From the sequence record PP430345: a DNA stretch of 64,000 bases; one strand, given 5' to 3'. The translations under genes were made by a program, and so were the position numbers. Below, one piece after another: positions 59,522 through 64,000 of this stretch; the first letter of the stretch is position 1, and the number at the start of each line of letters is the position of its first letter. The stretch is from Escherichia phage vB_EcoM-LTH01. The notes beneath the pieces were generated by a model. The model was not told the DNA's origin and ran no database searches. It saw only the letters and a list, made by a program, of their open reading frames with translations.

Positions 59522-59545
59522 TTGTGAAAATGAGAGGAGATTAGT

Positions 59546-60184
59546 ATGAAATTCATTAATTTAAATGGTCCTGCTTTTTCTGGTAAAGATGCTCTTGCTA
59601 AAGAGATTGCAGAGTTAGTTACGGTAGATAATAACGTAGGTATTCATGTTGAGTTTAAAGGTTCCCTTATCGATCTAGCTATTCGTATTGCAGGTATTAA
59701 TCGTGAACTGTGGGATGCACTTTACCACCGCGATTATAAAGAAGTACCTCAACCATATTTTAATGTTGCAGGTAAACAAGTGTCCCCACGTAACTGGCTG
59801 ATCCATATCTCTGAGAATGTTGCGAAGCCTCTCTTCGGAGAAGAATACTTTGGTGTTGCTCTTGCCAAGCGTGTTAAAGATATTGCGAAAGGTATGGAAA
59901 TGAATGGTTATACCTGTACGTTTATTAGCTCTGATGGTGGATTTGTTCATGAAAGTGTTCCGGTAGTGAAGGCGGTAAATGGCGATTACACATTGATCCG
60001 TCTGCACCGTACTGATCCACGAACTGGTAATAAATTAACTTTTGAAGGCGATTCTCGTAATTATATTTACTCTGAGAATTTTCCTGAAAGTGCACGACCT
60101 AGAGATTTCGACGTTGAAAACGTTAATGGTAAGCTAACTGAAACTGCAAAATTAATTATCAAACTCTCAGAGGGGAAAGAGTAA
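59546..60184 (+). CDS. deoxynucleoside monophosphate kinase candidate (212 aa)
   Basis: P-loop NLNGPAFSGKD at the N-terminus. Size and neighbourhood match phage dNMP kinases. Confidence 0.55.
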   Translation: MKFINLNGPAFSGKDALAKEIAELVTVDNNVGIHVEFKGSLIDLAIRIAGINRELWDALYHRDYKEVPQPYFNVAGKQVSPRNWLIHISENVAKPLFGEEYFGVALAKRVKDIAKGMEMNGYTCTFISSDGGFVHESVPVVKAVNGDYTLIRLHRTDPRTGNKLTFEGDSRNYIYSENFPESARPRDFDVENVNGKLTETAKLIIKLSEGKE

Positions 60185-60790
60185 ATGAAAAAAGCGATCA
60201 TTGTGGATGTTGACTTAACTATCGTTGATTCTGGATGGCCTTGGTTGCACTGGATGGAAAGCATCTATAATATGGAGGCTGATTCTGACCTTATGGAAAA
60301 GGACATTAGCGAGAATGGGTATTTTGATTACAATCTTTCTCGGTACTTTCCTGATCGCTGTAAGAAGGCTATCCCTCCATATGATTATTGGGAAGACCCT
60401 TTCTTGTATGATAAGATGTTCCCTATTGCGGGAGCAGTAGAGGCAATCAATAAGTTACATGCCGCAGGATTCCCTATTCGGTTTGTGTCTTATTGCAAGA
60501 AAGGTCATTTTAGTAGTAAAGTTCGTTTCTTGAAGCGACACTTCCCTAACCTGGATCTTGAAAATGGAACAGACGGGTGTGGTTTTTATGCTACAAAGTA
60601 CAAGGCTGGAGTTTCGGGTGATTACATCATTGATGATCGTAATAAATTTTTGAATCAATTTAGTGACAAGGTAGTAAAAATCAAGTATGATACACCCTTC
60701 AGTCAAGACGAAGAAGAGATCGGGTGTTACGACTTGGTAACTAGCGATTGGGCATCAATTGCTGAATTTATTTTGGAGAGAGAATCTTGA
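60185..60790 (+). CDS. HAD-superfamily (deoxy)nucleotidase candidate (201 aa)
   Basis: Starts immediately after the kinase gene's TAA stop (adjacent, no overlap). Motif I is AIIVDVDLTIVDS (DxDxT). A distal IIDDR acidic motif is present. Confidence 0.5.
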   Translation: MKKAIIVDVDLTIVDSGWPWLHWMESIYNMEADSDLMEKDISENGYFDYNLSRYFPDRCKKAIPPYDYWEDPFLYDKMFPIAGAVEAINKLHAAGFPIRFVSYCKKGHFSSKVRFLKRHFPNLDLENGTDGCGFYATKYKAGVSGDYIIDDRNKFLNQFSDKVVKIKYDTPFSQDEEEIGCYDLVTSDWASIAEFILERES

Positions 60791-60972
60791 GATGTGGTAA
60801 AGGAAGATGGGTAGTTAGGGAAGGTGATTATGTAGAGATCCTTTCTAAAGAAAAGGGAAGCCTTTTGGCTTCCTTCAAAGTAAAAAGCGACATGTGCAAA
60901 GAAATGTTTGACATGTATCTTCACATTATGTACGATATTAGCGTTGATTACAAAATCAGGAAAATAAAATGA
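60787..60972 (+). CDS. hypothetical protein (61 aa)
   Basis: TTG start overlapping the upstream TGA. GGAGAGAG SD upstream. Confidence 0.4.
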   Translation: MRCGKGRWVVREGDYVEILSKEKGSLLASFKVKSDMCKEMFDMYLHIMYDISVDYKIRKIK

Positions 60973-61175
60973 ATATAGTATTTTTCGAAGGTGAAGATTG
61001 GGAAGGTATTTATGTTGACGGTAAGTTAGTGTTAGAAGGCCACAGGGTAGACATTAAGGAATTTATTTCTTACTTGGCAAAGAAAAGACTTGCTAACTTA
61101 GAGATTGTAAGGGAAAATGATTTGAGTAGTCCAATTGAAGATTACTTGCCACAATTTGTTGAAGATTTAAATTAA
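60969..61175 (+). CDS. hypothetical protein (68 aa)
   Basis: ATGA overlap. Confidence 0.55.
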   Translation: MNIVFFEGEDWEGIYVDGKLVLEGHRVDIKEFISYLAKKRLANLEIVRENDLSSPIEDYLPQFVEDLN

Positions 61176-61191
61176 TAGAGAGGAGATTTGA

Positions 61192-62220
61192 ATGTCCATG
61201 ATTGAAGCCCGTATTATTGCAGATTCTGTTGGCTATCGTAGTAAAGCTCGTATCACCACGTTTGAATTGACCTATCCTCGATTCATTCACTCAGAACTTA
61301 TGACACACCGACTGTTTAGTAGAAATGCAATGTCTTCTCGTGCAGTGCCGATCAAGACAATGGTTAAACTGATCCGTGAAAATATGGCAATGCCTGTTCG
61401 ATTTGGTGCTAACCAACCTGGTATGCAGGATAAAGGAACAGAACATGATGGTAAAGTATGGTATGATTGGGTGGAAGATACAAGTGGCGTGTGTCATGAA
61501 CTGTACTGTACCGGACGAGAAGCTTGGGCGAAGGCTGCGGAAAATGCCTGTGAATGGGCAGAACGTTTCGAGGCAGCGGGGTTCCATAAGCAGATTGCTA
61601 ACCGATTGATCGAGCCGTTCCAGATGATGAAGACTATCGTTACAGCAACAGAATTTGAAAACTTCTTCTGGTTACGTGTTGATGCAGACGCAGACCCAAC
61701 GATCGAAGTATTGGCTAAGAAAATGCACGAAGCTTATAAAGCTTCTACTCCAGAATGGTTACAACCTGGTGTGTGGCATACGCCTTACGTAGACCATTGT
61801 TTCGACTCTGGACCTTTGGGTGATGGGCATATTTTTGCAGGGTATTGTGTACAGGATGAAGATGGAAATCACATTATGCTGTCCGAAGAAGAGGCTTTGT
61901 CTATCTCTTCCTCTTGTTGTGGACAGGTAAGTTATCGTCGTCTTAACAATACGAAAGATAAGGCTTTGGATATTTATGCCAAGCTCGTATCCGGTAAAAA
62001 GGTCCACGCTTCTCCGTTCGAGCATCAGGCGAAGGAGATAGAAGAGACATTTGAACCCGATGAAGTACAAGACGGTTACAATATGGTAAATGTCCCTTGG
62101 TGTTCAGCATCTTGGGAAGAGGGTATTACTCACGTAGATCGTGACGGTAACTTCTGGAGTGGAAACCTGAAAGGGTTTGTTCAACATCGTCAGTTAATTC
62201 CTGGTCATGTTGCAAAATAA
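61192..62220 (+). CDS. thyX: flavin-dependent thymidylate synthase ThyX (342 aa)
   Basis: ThyX signature THRLFSRNAMSSRA ((R)HRxxSxxxxSxR). GAGAGGAG SD upstream. Confidence 0.8.
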   Translation: MSMIEARIIADSVGYRSKARITTFELTYPRFIHSELMTHRLFSRNAMSSRAVPIKTMVKLIRENMAMPVRFGANQPGMQDKGTEHDGKVWYDWVEDTSGVCHELYCTGREAWAKAAENACEWAERFEAAGFHKQIANRLIEPFQMMKTIVTATEFENFFWLRVDADADPTIEVLAKKMHEAYKASTPEWLQPGVWHTPYVDHCFDSGPLGDGHIFAGYCVQDEDGNHIMLSEEEALSISSSCCGQVSYRRLNNTKDKALDIYAKLVSGKKVHASPFEHQAKEIEETFEPDEVQDGYNMVNVPWCSASWEEGITHVDRDGNFWSGNLKGFVQHRQLIPGHVAK

Positions 62221-62223
62221 GTG

Positions 62224-62277
62224 TTGACATTGGTTAGTTAATTTTATATTATTATCGGCGCTGGGGCATATTGCCCC
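62224..62277 (+). promoter_or_regulatory. PeSL-like promoter followed by a GGGG/CCCC stem-loop
   Basis: TTGACA (62224-62229), 17-nt spacer, TATTAT (62247-62252). Hairpin GGGGCA-TAT-TGCCCC (62263-62277) is then followed by TCTTTTT. Confidence 0.55.
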
Positions 62278-62308
62278 TCTTTTTAAAATGTTGTACGAGG
62301 AGATTAAA

Positions 62309-62782
62309 ATGGGTTTTAAGAAAGAAGTTAAATACGGTGCAGTAACTCTGGATTTCATTTTGGAATGTGCAAAAATCATGAACTTCGACCCGAAGGATGA
62401 CAAAACTCTTCGTAAAGTCCTTCACCTGATCGGTTTCCAAGTTTCAATTCTGAATGAAGAGACTGGTGAGTATAAACCTTGCCAGATTGACCGAATTAAC
62501 CGAGTGAATGTGCGTTGTATTGATAAACCGTACCTTTGCCGTGAAACAACAGTGTTTTCTGGACGTTTACGTGACAAATCAGAATTCCCACTGGTAGATA
62601 TCTACGAAAAGATGGATATCTTAGATGTTAGCAGTTCTAAAGCAACAGCTTTTGTTAATTCTTTGGATTTTGATATTCCGGTTGTTGAAAAAGTGAATAC
62701 CCGTAAATACACACGAAAAGAAGATCGTTCTGAAACAATCGTTATGGATCTTCCTGAGTTTTCTGAGACACTGATTAAATAA
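62309..62782 (+). CDS. hypothetical protein (157 aa)
   Basis: ATG 62309 follows GAGGAG (the track start at 62288 lies just 3' of the stem-loop, in its U-run). Confidence 0.55.
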   Translation: MGFKKEVKYGAVTLDFILECAKIMNFDPKDDKTLRKVLHLIGFQVSILNEETGEYKPCQIDRINRVNVRCIDKPYLCRETTVFSGRLRDKSEFPLVDIYEKMDILDVSSSKATAFVNSLDFDIPVVEKVNTRKYTRKEDRSETIVMDLPEFSETLIK

Positions 62783-62796
62783 TAAGGAGAAATTTT

Positions 62797-63045
62797 ATGG
62801 GTAAAGCTAAATTAACAGTTCCGGTTGAGCAGACTAAGTGGTTCCAACGTGGTTTTGCAAGCAAGCATGAATACTTGGGTTGGTTGCAGTTTAATGATCT
62901 GGTTGATGATTCGTTTGGTTATGACGACACTTACCACGATCAGTACTCTGGATTAACTGTTCGATTAGGTGAACCGACATTTGAAAATGTCGATAAATAT
63001 GATACACTGATCAACAAGTCTGCAACTAAAACTGAAACTAAATAA
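62797..63045 (+). CDS. hypothetical protein (82 aa)
   Basis: ORF track. AAGGAG SD upstream. Confidence 0.55.
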   Translation: MGKAKLTVPVEQTKWFQRGFASKHEYLGWLQFNDLVDDSFGYDDTYHDQYSGLTVRLGEPTFENVDKYDTLINKSATKTETK

Positions 63046-63056
63046 GGAGAAATAAA

Positions 63057-64000
63057 TTGGGTATTACTGTTCGTAAGCGTAATGGTTCTGTAGAGAAATT
63101 CGAAGCTGAGAAGATCAACCGTGTTGTAGTTTGGTCTTGTGAAGGGGTTAATGATGTAAGTCCTTCTGATATCCTGATGAAATCTCAGATTCAGATGTAT
63201 GATGGTGTAGAAACCGACGCGATTCACGATACCCTGATCAAGTCCGCAGCGGACCTAATTAGTGTAGAAAGTCCAAACTATCAGTATCCAGCAGCACGTC
63301 TGCTTCTGTTTAAACTGCGTAAGCAGGCTTATGGTGGTTTTGAACCTCGTCCACTGTACGCTCACATTCTTATGACTGTAGCTCGCGGTAAATACGATGA
63401 ACATCTGATTTCAGATTACACGAAAGAAGAGATTGAATTTTTAGATACAGTTATCGATCATGACCGTGATTTTGATTACACTTACGCAGCTATGCGTCAG
63501 TACGAAGATAAATATCTGGTCAAGGATCGTGTAACAGGTGAAATCTTTGAATCTCCTCAGACAGCACTGATGCTGATCGCAATGTGCTTGATGAGTAAAG
63601 AAGATCCTAAGAAGCGTCTACAAAAAGTGATTGATCTGTACAACATGGTTTCTACCATGAAGGTTTCTCTGCCTACTCCGATTATGGGTGGTGTACGAAC
63701 TCCGACTCGCCAATTCAGTTCTTGTGTTCTGATTGAATCAGGTGATGATATTAACCAGATCTTTGCAGCAGTTGAAGCACAAGGTAAGTATGCAGCACAG
63801 CGAGCAGGCATTGGTTTGAACTTTGGCGCTATTCGTGGACAGGACGCTCCTATTCGCGGTGGGGAAGTTAAACATGCAGGTACGGTCGGCATTGTTCGAA
63901 TGTATCAAGAATCTTTAGGTTGGGCATCTCAAGGTGGTCTGCGTAAAGCTTCAGCTAACTACTTTTATCCGATTTGGCACTGGGACTTTGAAAACCTGAT
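63057..64000 (+). CDS. nrdA: ribonucleotide reductase class Ia alpha subunit, N-terminal part (runs off the window)
   Basis: TTG start after AAGGAG. ATP-cone ITVRKRNGSVEKFEAEKINRV. The segment SLPTPIMGGVRTPTRQFSSCVLIE is nearly identical to E. coli NrdA. Frame is open to the window end. Confidence 0.95.
   Translation, partial: MGITVRKRNGSVEKFEAEKINRVVVWSCEGVNDVSPSDILMKSQIQMYDGVETDAIHDTLIKSAADLISVESPNYQYPAARLLLFKLRKQAYGGFEPRPLYAHILMTVARGKYDEHLISDYTKEEIEFLDTVIDHDRDFDYTYAAMRQYEDKYLVKDRVTGEIFESPQTALMLIAMCLMSKEDPKKRLQKVIDLYNMVSTMKVSLPTPIMGGVRTPTRQFSSCVLIESGDDINQIFAAVEAQGKYAAQRAGIGLNFGAIRGQDAPIRGGEVKHAGTVGIVRMYQESLGWASQGGLRKASANYFYPIWHWDFENL

Noticed and set aside
63557-63892. 111-aa minus-strand ORF inside nrdA
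   Set aside because: It is antisense to a region almost identical to E. coli NrdA (..LPTPIMGGVRTPTRQFSSCVLIE..).
61192-64000. Intron, intein or homing-endonuclease interruption of thyX or nrdA
   Set aside because: Both reading frames are continuous. Conserved motifs appear in the normal order with no inserted block in the part visible here.
1-64000. Prophage or mobile-element boundaries (integrase, att sites, transposase, IS elements)
   Set aside because: No recombinase-like ORF and no terminal inverted repeats were seen. Gene content throughout is that of a lytic phage genome.

Overview
This window is a contiguous piece of a large tailed dsDNA phage genome with a contractile tail (myovirus). 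There is no integrase, transposase or CRISPR array. The host is probably an enterobacterium or other gamma-proteobacterium. Three things support that: the SSB ends in the E. coli-type tip DFDDDIPF, the partial NrdA is very E. coli-like, and highly expressed genes favour CTG and CGT codons.

There are three transcription blocks.
(1) 1-6034, plus strand: about 16 small early genes ending in SSB.
(2) 6083-44739, minus strand. Reading downward from 44739 this block holds small early genes, then a tRNA operon. The operon has 4 canonical and 4 non-canonical tRNA-like units, about 750 nt of ORF-free hairpin-rich RNA and one embedded ORF. Next come a spanin pair and a complete morphogenesis module: TerL, portal, XkdF-like protease, scaffold, decoration protein and lambda-E-like major capsid protein. 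These are followed by a 4-gene collagen-like fibre module, neck genes, sheath, tube, a chaperone with a -1 frameshift, the tape measure, a Mu/P2-type baseplate, and tail fibres with three embedded membrane proteins.
(3) 45117-64000, plus strand: about 40 early/middle genes. These include a T4-type DNA ligase, a NADAR protein, an HNH-like protein, a FEN-type 5'-3' exonuclease, RuvC, an endonuclease VII homologue that lacks its zinc cysteines, and a DnaQ-like exonuclease. A dNMP kinase, HAD nucleotidase, ThyX and the start of NrdA complete the block.

Blocks 1 and 2 converge on a bidirectional terminator (6055-6082). Blocks 2 and 3 diverge from an AT-rich region carrying GATC boxes and iteron-like repeats (44740-45116), which is a candidate origin or control hub.

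The leads I rate highest:
- the aberrant tRNA-like genes and the structured RNAs around them (41480-43093);
- the origin-like region (44740-45116);
- a superinfection-immunity-like membrane domain fused to tail-fibre/collagen repeats (3753-4340);
- the collagen fibre module inserted between capsid and neck genes (27154-33994);
- two families of regulatory cassettes, namely promoter-plus-GGGG/CCCC stem-loops and terminator-plus-TGnTAAAAT units;
- a phage NADAR/HNH-like gene pair (53955-55010).

All functional calls rest on motifs I recognised by eye. No database search was run.
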